From Candidatus Latescibacterota bacterium (GTDB lineage Bacteria > Latescibacterota > UBA2968 > GCA-2709665), in contig OZ220733.1 in the NCBI GenBank assembly GCA_965116875.1, forward strand, positions 800,001 to 864,000: DNA of 64,000 nucleotides, in the 5' to 3' direction. Each line of letters starts with the position of its first letter. Positions within the stretch are counted from its first letter, which is position 1. This document shows positions 11,010 through 20,331 of this stretch, in pieces. Made by a program: the position numbers and the translations under genes. A model generated the notes under the pieces. That model was not told where the DNA came from and did not search any database. It was given only the letters and a program-made list of their open reading frames with translations.

Positions 11010-11075
11010 CGGAGGGTTCGCCCCGGCCGCTATCGCGACCCAGGTACGCGAACCGTTGTGCCGACGATCGATCTG

Positions 11076-12050
11076 CTAGGATTCGAAATAGCTGATGATG
11101 CGCCGGAGTGTGTTGTCGAGGCTCATTTTCGGCTCGTAATTCACGAACGATCTGATTTTGGAGAGATCCGGCACCCGATAGTTGAGATCTTCGTACGATC
11201 CCTTTGCGAATGCCTTGTCGTAAGGCACGAATTCAATAGGCGCATCGCTTTCCGTCAGTGCCTTGACCTTGTGCGCCAGTTTTACTATGCTGGTTTCGTT
11301 GGTCGAAACGTTCCCGCCCAGATTGAAGATTTCACCCGGCGTGTCGGGATGTTCAGCCAGCGCGACCAGTCCGTCGAGTGCGTCTTCGATATCGGTAAAG
11401 CAGCGCCGCTGTTCCCCGTCGCCGTACACGGTAATGGGGTGGCCCAGGAGCGCCTGCTTGACCATTCGCGGTACAACCATCCCGTAATCGCCGGTCTGCC
11501 GGGGCCCGATGACGTTGAAAAAACGCACAATGAGCATCGGCAGTTTCTTTTCACGCCAATACGACAGCCCCAGCATCTCGTCCACCGCCTTTGTCGTGGA
11601 ATAGATCCAGCGGTCGACGGTAATGGGCCCGAGCAATCGATCGTCGTTTTCCTGGAACGAGACCTTTCCGTTCTTCTTGCCGTACACCTCGGACGTCGAC
11701 GCGAGCATGACGCGCTTCTTGTCTCTGTTGGCGAGTTCCAGGACGTTTTCGGTGCCCCTGATGTTGGTTGTCAGTGAATGCAGCGGATTGTCGATGATGT
11801 AGTTCACACCCACCGCAGCGGCAAGGTGATAGATCGTATCGCACCATTCCACCAGCGGACGCAGCGTTTCCGACTCCAGTATCGTACCCACCTTGATGTT
11901 GAACCGGGGATTGGACTCAAGGTGGTGGATGTTGTTGTAGTCTCCGGTGGAAAGATCGTCGAGTACGGCAACTTCGTCGCCGCGCCTCAAATGCCGTTCG
12001 GCCAGATGTGATCCAATAAACCCCGCCCCGCCGGTTATCAACACCTTCAT
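11076..12050 (-). CDS. NAD-dependent nucleotide-sugar epimerase/dehydratase (extended SDR)
   Basis: TGGAGFIGSH, HLAAAVGV, ASTSEVYG, YSTTK (YxxxK), RFFNVIGPRQ. Confidence 0.92.
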   Translation of the reverse strand: MKVLITGGAGFIGSHLAERHLRRGDEVAVLDDLSTGDYNNIHHLESNPRFNIKVGTILESETLRPLVEWCDTIYHLAAAVGVNYIIDNPLHSLTTNIRGTENVLELANRDKKRVMLASTSEVYGKKNGKVSFQENDDRLLGPITVDRWIYSTTKAVDEMLGLSYWREKKLPMLIVRFFNVIGPRQTGDYGMVVPRMVKQALLGHPITVYGDGEQRRCFTDIEDALDGLVALAEHPDTPGEIFNLGGNVSTNETSIVKLAHKVKALTESDAPIEFVPYDKAFAKGSYEDLNYRVPDLSKIRSFVNYEPKMSLDNTLRRIISYFES

Positions 12051-13255
12051 GCGTACTTCCCTTCCCAGCAGTCGCCCGGAGAACCGCCTCCGGTCCGCTT
12101 GTTTTCGGATAGCCTACGATAGAGGTGGCTGAAATCCTCCGTCAGTCTTTTCATCCCGAACGAGTCAACGATTCTGCGCCGCTCTTCAACGGAAATCTTC
12201 CGCCGTTCCCGTAACGCCCGCTGAATCCCTGCGGCAAGCGCCCTGGCGTCGCCGGGCGCGACCATCAGGCCAATCCTCTCGCACCGAAGCAAATCGGGCA
12301 CGCCGCCCACACGAGTGGCAACCACGTAACATCCGCATGCCACCGACTCCAACAGCGCAACCGGCAACCCCTCGTGATGCGAAGACAGCACCGAAAGATC
12401 GAGGGAACCGTATATGCGCGCCATGTCGTCTCGAAAACCCGTAAACCGGACGCTGTCCCCGAGTCCTGTTTCTCGCGCCGCACACTCGAGTTCAGCCCGC
12501 AACTCACCGTCGCCCACCACGACGAACCGGACATCCGGCAGCGCCTCGACCACCTGTTCGGCGGCGGACAGAAAGATGTCGACGCCCTTGATCGGCACAA
12601 GCCGCGCCACAAGACCGACAAGCCTCGTCGAGGCGCCGAAACCCAGTTCCTCGCGGAAGCCCGCATCGCCCCTTTTCCGGTTCAGAAACGGTTCCAGATC
12701 CACACCCAATGGAACGGTGCGGATTCGGGACGGCGTCCCGACACGGTCGGCCAAGAGTTCATCGCGTTGCAGTTCCGAGACGGCAACCAGAAGGTCGGTG
12801 CGGCGTGCCAGCAGCCTCTCCACAAGCAGGATCAGGCTGGTCTTCCAGGCCGAAAAATAGCCTTTGAAAACCAGACCGTGAAACGTATGCAGCGTTACGG
12901 GTACTCCGGCCAGCCAGGCCGCGATACGCCCAACCACGCCCGCTTTCGACTTGTGGGTGTGGACAATCTCCGGGCGAACGCGCCTCAACAGACGATACAG
13001 CGCGACGAGCACCCGGATATCGCGAATCGGTACAATCGCCCGGCTGAACCCGGGCATCTCCAGGGGTTGAATTCCGGAACGGCGGATCACGTCATCCATT
13101 TCGGCTTCGCCGGGTGCGACCTGCCCTTTGACCACGGTGGAACGATAACCCCGGGACTCCAGCGCCCTGGAAAGAAAGAGCAGATAGGGCGTTGGGCCGC
13201 CAACGTTCAGGCGATCGATAATTTGAACCAGTTGAATCGGCGTTTGCGCCGGCAA
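12047..13255 (-). CDS. Glycosyltransferase family 4
   Basis: RLNVGGP, VHTHKSKAG, ARLVPIKG, EGLPVALLE (Ex7E). Confidence 0.92.
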   Translation of the reverse strand: MPAQTPIQLVQIIDRLNVGGPTPYLLFLSRALESRGYRSTVVKGQVAPGEAEMDDVIRRSGIQPLEMPGFSRAIVPIRDIRVLVALYRLLRRVRPEIVHTHKSKAGVVGRIAAWLAGVPVTLHTFHGLVFKGYFSAWKTSLILLVERLLARRTDLLVAVSELQRDELLADRVGTPSRIRTVPLGVDLEPFLNRKRGDAGFREELGFGASTRLVGLVARLVPIKGVDIFLSAAEQVVEALPDVRFVVVGDGELRAELECAARETGLGDSVRFTGFRDDMARIYGSLDLSVLSSHHEGLPVALLESVACGCYVVATRVGGVPDLLRCERIGLMVAPGDARALAAGIQRALRERRKISVEERRRIVDSFGMKRLTEDFSHLYRRLSENKRTGGGSPGDCWEGKYA

Positions 13256-13341
13256 AGGATCCGCCGGCGTGCCGACTCCACAGGTGGCACCACCATGATC
13301 GGATTGGATAATCGGGCTCCGACGCCGGAATCAGCGTTTCA

Positions 13342-13370
13342 AATATAAACACCCTGTGATAAACCGGCAA
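13342..13370 (-). promoter_or_regulatory. Candidate sigma70 promoter for the GT4 at 13255
   Basis: TTGCCG-17 bp-TATATT on the minus strand in an AT-rich intergenic gap. Confidence 0.45.
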
Positions 13371-13438
13371 TGCAAAAGTTAATTTGTAATTATAAGTGTG
13401 TTGAATAGATGTGTACGGACAACCCGGACGATGCCCGC

Positions 13439-14527
13439 TCAAAACTGTGCCCGGGCCGCCGAATTCAGGATCTGCAACAGCCTCCGGCTGCTCCGGTTGA
13501 GGGAATAACACGCTTCCATTTTTGCCCGTCCGGCCTTGCCCAACCGATGCCGAAGCGCACGATCATGAATCAGCCGATCCAGACAGGACACCCATTCGTC
13601 GTGGGTGCCTGCACAATAGCCGTTGACGCCGTCCTCCACGATTTCGCGGTTAATCCCCACCGGGCTGCTTACAGCAGGAATACCCATCGAGAGGTATTGC
13701 AGAAGCTTGTACCCGCCCTTGCCCCGGGTCCACGGATCGTCGGGCAGCGGCATCAGGCCGATATCGAAGCCGCGCATGTCCTGAACCTCGGTCTGCAGGG
13801 ACCACGGGCGCCATTCCATCGGCACGGCATCGGTGCGAAAACCGCCCTCGCCGATCAGACAGAGCCTGAGATTGGAGTGCCGGACGCCCAACTCGGCCAA
13901 AGGCTCCCGGATCAGCTCCAGGTACGGAGCGGACGTGTAACTGCCAATCCAGCCGAGAACCACACCGTCGCATTCCCCGTCTGCTCTGCCGGGCGAATAC
14001 CGCTGTGTGTCGATCGGCCCGGTGATGATTGATATCCTGGGACAATACCGTTCGGCATAAGCGGCCGTGTAGGTGTTTTCGACGACGGCCCCGGATGCCG
14101 CACGAAGCATCCGCGCCAACCCTCGCGAGTGATGCCACGTTCGGAGCCTCGCCATCCAGTCTTCACCGGGCGCCTCGGTCGTGAAAATCGCGTCGTCGAA
14201 ATCGAAGATGACCTTCTTTGAAAAGAGCCGCAACAGCCAGGCGACGGGCGCGCAGAAAAAAACCCGCTGCACAAACACAACGTGGTACCGGGGCGCCGAC
14301 CCGAGGGTGCGCAGCCCCGCCAGGAGCGAGCGCCACCACACCCATGTATAGTGGATCAGGCGCCCGATTCCTCTCCTGGAGTACGTCCAGGTGGAGATCC
14401 GGTCGGGCAAGACAACCGATACGTCGGCCTCTACGCCATTGGCTCTGAGGAAGGGGAGATAGTCGAACACGCGTGTACGGCTGGCGGCGAACCGGGGCCC
14501 GGTGAGCGCGACGAAAAAAACTCTCAA
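13439..14527 (-). CDS. Glycosyltransferase family 4
   Basis: ASRTRV, FDFDDAIF, LGWIGS, DIGLMPL...KGGYKLLQY, SPVGINREIV. Confidence 0.9.
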   Translation of the reverse strand: MRVFFVALTGPRFAASRTRVFDYLPFLRANGVEADVSVVLPDRISTWTYSRRGIGRLIHYTWVWWRSLLAGLRTLGSAPRYHVVFVQRVFFCAPVAWLLRLFSKKVIFDFDDAIFTTEAPGEDWMARLRTWHHSRGLARMLRAASGAVVENTYTAAYAERYCPRISIITGPIDTQRYSPGRADGECDGVVLGWIGSYTSAPYLELIREPLAELGVRHSNLRLCLIGEGGFRTDAVPMEWRPWSLQTEVQDMRGFDIGLMPLPDDPWTRGKGGYKLLQYLSMGIPAVSSPVGINREIVEDGVNGYCAGTHDEWVSCLDRLIHDRALRHRLGKAGRAKMEACYSLNRSSRRLLQILNSAARAQF

Positions 14528-14544
14528 GGCAGGAAGACTCCTTG

Positions 14545-14573
14545 AATATAAACACGGAAATTCGGGGAATCAA
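14545..14573 (-). promoter_or_regulatory. Candidate sigma70 promoter for the GT4 at 14527
   Basis: TTGATT-17 bp-TATATT on the minus strand, followed by an AAGGAG RBS. Confidence 0.5.
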
Positions 14574-14605
14574 TGGAAAACGGCGCGTCTACCGGGAACC
14601 CGATG

Positions 14606-15448
14606 TCAGGTAGCAAGCCACGATTCGGCCGGTTCCCGTTCGAGAAGATCGAACAACCTGCGATTTTCTTCGTGGTAGATTCCGTGCAGATGCCGAAGGA
14701 CGGACTCGCTGGGGCGGTAATCGCTCTCCGGCAAGAGGCGCCCCAGAATGCTTGTCACCGGAGACAGGATCGGAAAGTAATAGCGGGCGATCAGGTGTAC
14801 TTTGCAGGCGTCGAACCGGTTGACCTTCTGCGCCATTCCCGAAAATTGAAAGCCGTCGTCAATTTCCAGAAATGCACAGACCTTCTTCAGGCCCTCGCCC
14901 GGTCGCTGTACGATATCCTCTTCAAAGAAAAGCACCAGGATCTGATCCCGTCTGAAAAGATTCAGATAGGCGGTGAGCAACGTAAAGAACCGCCCCACCT
15001 CGAAAACTCCGAACCCGTCCAACAGGACGGATTTCTCGCCCGCCAGGAGATCGTCCATTCGATGCAGAGGCGAAATCCGGCCGGTCCTGATCAGATGCTT
15101 TGCCGCCGAGACCGCGCGGTCCACCGGATTCTTGAGGGTAACGATCAGTTTCACGTCGGGCAGATGTCTGTGGATATGCCGGTGCACGTCCGGCAGGTGA
15201 CCTTCACCTCCTCGTCCGTCGGCCCAGAAATAGTCCGGCGTTTTCTCGCCCACCCGTCTTCTGTTTTCCGCTCCTTCGAAATGACGGGCATACCATTCCA
15301 TCCCCTTTTCGTAATTGCCGGCCTTGTCGAAGAAATGAATCTCCCGATCGGCCATGTACACCTCGGGGTGCTGCCGAAGCATGGCGGCCAACCACGTCGT
15401 TCCGCATTTCTGCGCGCCGATAATCAGGAAATCCGGCCGTCGCGCCAT
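14606..15448 (-). CDS. PAPS-dependent sulfotransferase
   Basis: 5'-PSB loop PDFLIIGAQKCGTT, EIHFF, GEKTPDY, 3'-PB motif LKNPVDRAVS. Confidence 0.92.
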   Translation of the reverse strand: MARRPDFLIIGAQKCGTTWLAAMLRQHPEVYMADREIHFFDKAGNYEKGMEWYARHFEGAENRRRVGEKTPDYFWADGRGGEGHLPDVHRHIHRHLPDVKLIVTLKNPVDRAVSAAKHLIRTGRISPLHRMDDLLAGEKSVLLDGFGVFEVGRFFTLLTAYLNLFRRDQILVLFFEEDIVQRPGEGLKKVCAFLEIDDGFQFSGMAQKVNRFDACKVHLIARYYFPILSPVTSILGRLLPESDYRPSESVLRHLHGIYHEENRRLFDLLEREPAESWLAT

Positions 15449-15461
15449 GTCTGAATCCTTT

Positions 15462-15557
15462 CAGCCCGTTGAGAAAGTCCATCCGGTCCGCGGCCGTACT
15501 CAAAGCGTTGCCCGGCCTCGCGCGCGGGAACGCACCGGTCATCTTAAAAACAGCTTC
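15462..15557 (+). mobile_element. Chimeric MITE remnant: left end of family B joined to right end of family A
   Basis: 15462-15486 cagcccgttgagaaagtccatccgg matches the family B left end; 15517-15557 ctcgcgcgcgggaacgcaccggtcatcttaaaaacagcttc matches the family A right end. Confidence 0.75.
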
Positions 15558-15673
15558 ACACCTGTCCAAAAACGGGTGTGGTTACCTGCGAAAGTGTGCG
15601 AAATATAAGGATGGAAAATTCGCCTTTGTTCTTCCGTATATTTTCGACATTCAGGTCCCCGGGTAATTGCGAA

Positions 15674-17134
15674 TCAAGGCTGACGCCGGATCGATCCGGC
15701 CAGACGCAGTGCCTCTGCGGCGGTCTCCTTCGAGAAAAAACGCAAAGCGAGCGGGTACGCAATCGCGCCCGCTACCACGCAGGACGCAATCAACGCCGTA
15801 TCCGACAGTACGCCAGTCGCCAGCCACTTGCAACCGGCCACCACCCCCGTCATCAGTACACAGCCCAGCGCACCGGGAACCAACGCCCTGAGATACTCAC
15901 CAAAGGACATTCGCGCCAGCCGGTTCACGATTCCCTGCGAGGCCGCGGTCAGGACCAGCACGCCGAGGCTTACCGCAAGCGCGGCTCCGGTTATCCCGCC
16001 GGAGATGCCGAACCACAGGGCCGCGAGCATAAAGACGGCGCCGGCGATGTTCCATATCAGCGCAAGACCGGTACGGCCCATGGCTGAAAAGACCAACCCG
16101 GCGGGGGACGCGACGGAACGAAGCGCTCCGGCCGGACTGAGCACCTGAAGTACCACCGCCGCGGGCGCCATCTCCGCCTCAAACAGCAATACGAGCCCCG
16201 GATGCGCCAGAAGGAAAAATCCCGCCATAATCGGAAAAACGAGTATGGCGACGTACTTCACAGTGGAGAGATAGGCCCGGCCAAGCCGGTCGACGTCATC
16301 CTGTAGAGCGGAGAAAGCGGGAAACGTCACCTTCGCGACGGCCTGAACCACACGGGTCTGCGGAAATGCGATGAGGCGGTACGCCAGTCCGTAGTAGCCC
16401 AGCGCCTCGATCCCAAGGAACCTGCCGATCAGCAGATAGTCCAGGTTCTGCTGGACGTAGCCCACAAGCCTTGAACCCGTCCACTTGCCTCCAAACCCGA
16501 TCAACACCCGGACGTCCGCGGCGCTGAAGGTACGGACAGGGTTGAAAGGGCAGAAAACCCAGGGACCCAGACCCAGAATCGCATGGCGGACCACAAAGGC
16601 CCAGACGAGACTCCACACCTCGTATCCCCACAGGGCCAGCGACACCATGGTCATTCCGCTCGAAAACGCCGCACAAACATCCAGAATCGCCAATTGTCCG
16701 AAACGAAACGTACGCTCCATCCGTGCCCGGGGTACGGCGCCGACACCCGCGAATACCAGCACCGACGCCATAGCCGGGAGAACCGCGGAAACCTGCGGAT
16801 CATCAAAAAAAAGTCCGCCCCAGAATCGGGCGGTCAGATAGAGGAGGGCGGCCAGCGGACACGAGATGATCAGGCCCATCCAGAACGCCGCGGCAAGATG
16901 CGCTCCTTGCGCATCGCGCTTCTGAATGAGGGCTCTCCCGAGGCCCATTTCCGAGGCCAGGATCCCCACTCCCACAATCGTGGCCGCGGCGACCTCCGTA
17001 CCGAAAGCCCTGGAGGGTTCGCTCAGATGCCGCACCACCAACCCCAGCGCGCCCACCTGAATCAGATAACCGGCGCCCTGTGCCAGGCCGGTCCACGAGA
17101 AAGCCCGGACGGTTGCGCGACGCAGGTCGGTCAT
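15674..17134 (-). CDS. wzx: Wzx-type polysaccharide flippase (WzxC-like)
   Basis: EMGLGRALIQ, NLDYLLIGRFLG..ALGYY.LAYRL, VTFPAFS.LQDD; multiple TM helices. Confidence 0.88.
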   Translation of the reverse strand: MTDLRRATVRAFSWTGLAQGAGYLIQVGALGLVVRHLSEPSRAFGTEVAAATIVGVGILASEMGLGRALIQKRDAQGAHLAAAFWMGLIISCPLAALLYLTARFWGGLFFDDPQVSAVLPAMASVLVFAGVGAVPRARMERTFRFGQLAILDVCAAFSSGMTMVSLALWGYEVWSLVWAFVVRHAILGLGPWVFCPFNPVRTFSAADVRVLIGFGGKWTGSRLVGYVQQNLDYLLIGRFLGIEALGYYGLAYRLIAFPQTRVVQAVAKVTFPAFSALQDDVDRLGRAYLSTVKYVAILVFPIMAGFFLLAHPGLVLLFEAEMAPAAVVLQVLSPAGALRSVASPAGLVFSAMGRTGLALIWNIAGAVFMLAALWFGISGGITGAALAVSLGVLVLTAASQGIVNRLARMSFGEYLRALVPGALGCVLMTGVVAGCKWLATGVLSDTALIASCVVAGAIAYPLALRFFSKETAAEALRLAGSIRRQP

Positions 17135-17150
17135 CCGGCCGCTCCTTTAT

Positions 17151-17226
17151 CAGCCCGTTGAAGAAGCCCATCCGGGCTACCTGCCTGCTGCAGGCAGGCC
17201 TGCAGAGCGACTTTATCAACGGACCG
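17151..17226 (+). mobile_element. Family B MITE, internally deleted (76 bp), with a nested CCTGCC..GGCAGG palindrome
   Basis: Ends cagcccgttgaagaag / gactttatcaacggaccg; flanked by a TTAT direct repeat on both sides. Confidence 0.85.
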
Positions 17227-18201
17227 TTATGCGGTCTCCACTCGGGCCAACCGCACGCCGGTCCATACCGCCGCCACAATCACACAAACGACAATTGCAA
17301 GGCAGATCACGGCCGGCACGACGGCCGCCACGATTCCGCACAGGGCCAGCAGCCCGCCGGCAAGATGAATACGCCGCACCGCGCCCCTGACGGAATATCC
17401 CATTCGGACCAGCCGCTGTGCGACGTGATCCCGGCTTGCCCGCATCACGGACAGGCCCTTCCTCCGCCTCACGATACACAGGAAGACGGCTTCGAAACAG
17501 GGCACCCCCAGCACAAGTATCGTGCAGAGTTCACCCTGCACGCCCGGCATCGCTCTGGAAATCTCGACGGACATCGCGCCGAGAACGAATCCGGCAAACA
17601 AACTGCCGGCATCGCCCATATAGACCCTGGCGGGATGGGCGTTGTATACCAGAAACCCCAGAAAACCGCCCGCCAGGCTGGCGCCCAGTATCACAACCGG
17701 CGCCGCACCGCCGACCAGCCCCAGACCCGCAAGCCCAATAGAAGCAATGGCTCCGGCGCCCGCGGAGAGACCGTCCATCATGTCGAGGACGTTAAACGCG
17801 TTACACATCCAGACCAGCCATACGCCGGTCAGTACCGCGTCGACGACGGTACTCCCCGTTGTGTCGAACCGAAGCCCGTTCCCGACCGCAATGACAACCG
17901 TGAAGATCTGAAACCCAAGCTTCTGAAAGGGCGATAGCGGCCATTTGTCGTCGAAGAATCCGATCGCGCCCATTCCAAGCGCGCCGATCCAGAGGCCGGC
18001 CGGAAACGACAGCGGCGCAAAGGGAAGCAGCAGCAGGGTTGCGATCGCGATGGCCACGCCGCCAATGGGAGGGACCGACTCCGCACCGTTTCCACCGCCG
18101 GAATTCAACCACGAGGCGCGCAACGCCGCGGCACGAAGAAGAGGTGTCAGCAAAAGGGCGCTTCCGAATCCGAATGCGAGAAACAAAGCGGAGGACAACA
18201 C
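17227..18201 (-). CDS. Polyprenyl-phosphate HexNAc-1-phosphate transferase (WecA/MraY family)
   Basis: PPIGGVAI, GFFDD, NAFNVLDMMDGL, YMGDAGS, RDHVAQRL. Confidence 0.92.
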   Translation of the reverse strand: MLSSALFLAFGFGSALLLTPLLRAAALRASWLNSGGGNGAESVPPIGGVAIAIATLLLLPFAPLSFPAGLWIGALGMGAIGFFDDKWPLSPFQKLGFQIFTVVIAVGNGLRFDTTGSTVVDAVLTGVWLVWMCNAFNVLDMMDGLSAGAGAIASIGLAGLGLVGGAAPVVILGASLAGGFLGFLVYNAHPARVYMGDAGSLFAGFVLGAMSVEISRAMPGVQGELCTILVLGVPCFEAVFLCIVRRRKGLSVMRASRDHVAQRLVRMGYSVRGAVRRIHLAGGLLALCGIVAAVVPAVICLAIVVCVIVAAVWTGVRLARVETA

Positions 18202-18244
18202 GTCGCACTTCCTGGTTGCGAGCGGGACCGGCGCGGGCGTCCCG

Positions 18245-19360
18245 TCATCTGGGTTGGAAGCTCCGAACAGCGTCGATAACCTGAGCCACGTCCGTGTTTG
18301 TCATGGCCGGAAAGAGCGGAAGCGTCACCAGCTCATGCCACACCGACTCGGTTACCGGCAGCGCGCAACGATACGGTTCGTGGATCGGATAGAGATGGTT
18401 CGGATAATAGTGAACGCTGGAATCGACGTCCCGCCCGTGCAGGTGGGCGACCAGATTGTCCCTGTCCGCCACGCGCGGCACGTAGGCATGGAAGGCGCTG
18501 CTTGCGTACGGCGCAATCCCGGGCGTCCGAAGCCACGCAAGATCGGAAAACGCCTTGTTGTATTGCAGGACGATTTCCCGTCGCTGGGCGTTGGCCGACT
18601 CCAGCCTCGCCAGCTGGACCAGCCCGATTGCCGCATTCAGATCGTTCATATAGAACTTGTGACCCACTTCGGTCACTTCGTACAACCAGCGTTTCTGTTG
18701 CGGCCCGGCCGTAAACCGGTCCCAGGTGCCCTGCGGGATGCCCATCCAGCTCAGCCGTTTGAGTCGCTCGGCCAACTGCGCATCGTTTGTCGTCAGCATA
18801 CCGCCGTCGCAGGTCGTCAGGTTCTTCTGCGCCTGGAAACTGAAACACGCAATCGTTCCCAATCCGCCAACCATCCGGCCTTTGTACCTGGCGCCGCAGG
18901 CATGGGCGGCATCTTCCACAACCGGAATGTCACGGGACGCGGCGATTTCCAGAATCGGATCCATGTCGCAGGGGTGGCCGCTGTGGTGCACAACGACAAT
19001 CGCGGCCGTCCTGTCCGATATCCGCCGCGCAACGCAATCCGGGTCCAGGTTCAACGTAACGGGATCGATGTCGCAGAAAACCGGAATGGCCCCGTTCTGC
19101 AGGATGGCATGGTTGGTGGCGACGAAGGTCATGGACGTCGTCAGGACCTCGCGGCCCTCCACGCCCAGCACCTTGAGCGCCAGCAGCAATGCCGACGAGC
19201 AAGAATTTACGCTGACTGCATAGGACGTCCCGATATACTCGGCAAACCGCTTTTCGAAAGCCGCGGCTTTCGTACCTGCCCCCACCCAGCCGGACAGCAT
19301 CACCTCACGAACCGCCGCTACTTCCTCCTCGTCGAAACAGGCCCGCCAGATGGGAATCAT
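18245..19360 (-). CDS. DegT/DnrJ/EryC1/StrS nucleotide-sugar aminotransferase
   Basis: VNSCSSAL, EDAAHA, FSFQAQKNLTTCDGG (PLP Lys); start ATG 19360 with AGGAG. Confidence 0.93.
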   Translation of the reverse strand: MIPIWRACFDEEEVAAVREVMLSGWVGAGTKAAAFEKRFAEYIGTSYAVSVNSCSSALLLALKVLGVEGREVLTTSMTFVATNHAILQNGAIPVFCDIDPVTLNLDPDCVARRISDRTAAIVVVHHSGHPCDMDPILEIAASRDIPVVEDAAHACGARYKGRMVGGLGTIACFSFQAQKNLTTCDGGMLTTNDAQLAERLKRLSWMGIPQGTWDRFTAGPQQKRWLYEVTEVGHKFYMNDLNAAIGLVQLARLESANAQRREIVLQYNKAFSDLAWLRTPGIAPYASSAFHAYVPRVADRDNLVAHLHGRDVDSSVHYYPNHLYPIHEPYRCALPVTESVWHELVTLPLFPAMTNTDVAQVIDAVRSFQPR

Positions 19361-20331
19361 GAAATCTCCTTCGGACCCGCACATCCCCACCGGGAACCGA
19401 AGCCGCCGCGACCTTCAGCGCCCCGGGTCAGGACCCGTCTGTACGCCTTGAGCCTCGGTCCGGCTTCCCTCCTGAATCCGGGCAATAAAAACAGAGCTCC
19501 CCAGAGCAGCGTCCTCAATATCATCTCCGGAAACGTCAGTGCAGCCAGAAGGCGACCCGCCTGATCTCCCAGGTGTTTTTTCATAACGTACAGATGACTT
19601 GCCACACCCTCCACCAGCATCCGTTCGAGCGCCTTCTTCGAACTTCGGCCTCCCGCATGGAATGCGCAAGCCTCCGGCAGATAGGCCACGGACCATCCGG
19701 CCCTACCAAGCCTGAGGCAGAGGTCAACGTCTTCATAATACATGAATATCGCGTCGTCCATGCCGCCGACCGCGCCGAACGCGCTGCGACGCATCAGGAA
19801 ACAGGCACCCGTGACCCAGCCGACCGCAGTCGGCCCACGTGAGACCCGGCAGCCGAATTTAAGAAATGGAAATACAAGATGCAACAGGAATTTACGGCAG
19901 ATTTCGCCGGCCAGCCGGGGCGCCCGACCGCAGGACCGTTGCGCCCGACCTCGCTCGTCGACAAGGCGCGGCCCCACCACACCGACCCGGTCGTGGGCTT
20001 CAAGATAATCCAACAGGCGTTCAACCGCGTCCGGCGCTACCTTCACGTCCGGGTTCAGGACGAGAATATAGGGAGCGTTGCTCAGTTGCACTCCCCGGTT
20101 GACGCCGCTGCCGAACCCGAAGTTCCCCCCCGTCTCAACCAGCCGCACAACGTCGCCAAAGGTGTCCAGCGCGTCAGGACTGCCATCCGACGACGCGTTG
20201 TCCACCACAACCACCTCCATCGGCAGGCGCTCAGTACCTGCAATCAGGCTCGCGACGCACCTGTGGAGGTCGTCACCCGAGTTCCAGTTCACCACGACCG
20301 CCGTCACCGCCGGTTTCATCCGCCTCTCCAT
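19357..20331 (-). CDS. Glycosyltransferase family 2 (WbbL/rhamnosyltransferase-like)
   Basis: VVVNWN, VVDNASSDGS, LNPD, WVTGAC, FMYYEDVDLC. Confidence 0.92.
   Translation of the reverse strand: MERRMKPAVTAVVVNWNSGDDLHRCVASLIAGTERLPMEVVVVDNASSDGSPDALDTFGDVVRLVETGGNFGFGSGVNRGVQLSNAPYILVLNPDVKVAPDAVERLLDYLEAHDRVGVVGPRLVDERGRAQRSCGRAPRLAGEICRKFLLHLVFPFLKFGCRVSRGPTAVGWVTGACFLMRRSAFGAVGGMDDAIFMYYEDVDLCLRLGRAGWSVAYLPEACAFHAGGRSSKKALERMLVEGVASHLYVMKKHLGDQAGRLLAALTFPEMILRTLLWGALFLLPGFRREAGPRLKAYRRVLTRGAEGRGGFGSRWGCAGPKEIS

Noticed and set aside
17945-19564. Long shadow ORFs (also 4204-5265, 24725-26008, 38522-39973, 41296-42504, 55934-57448)
   Set aside because: They are antisense to well-supported genes, which is expected in high-GC DNA, and show no motifs.
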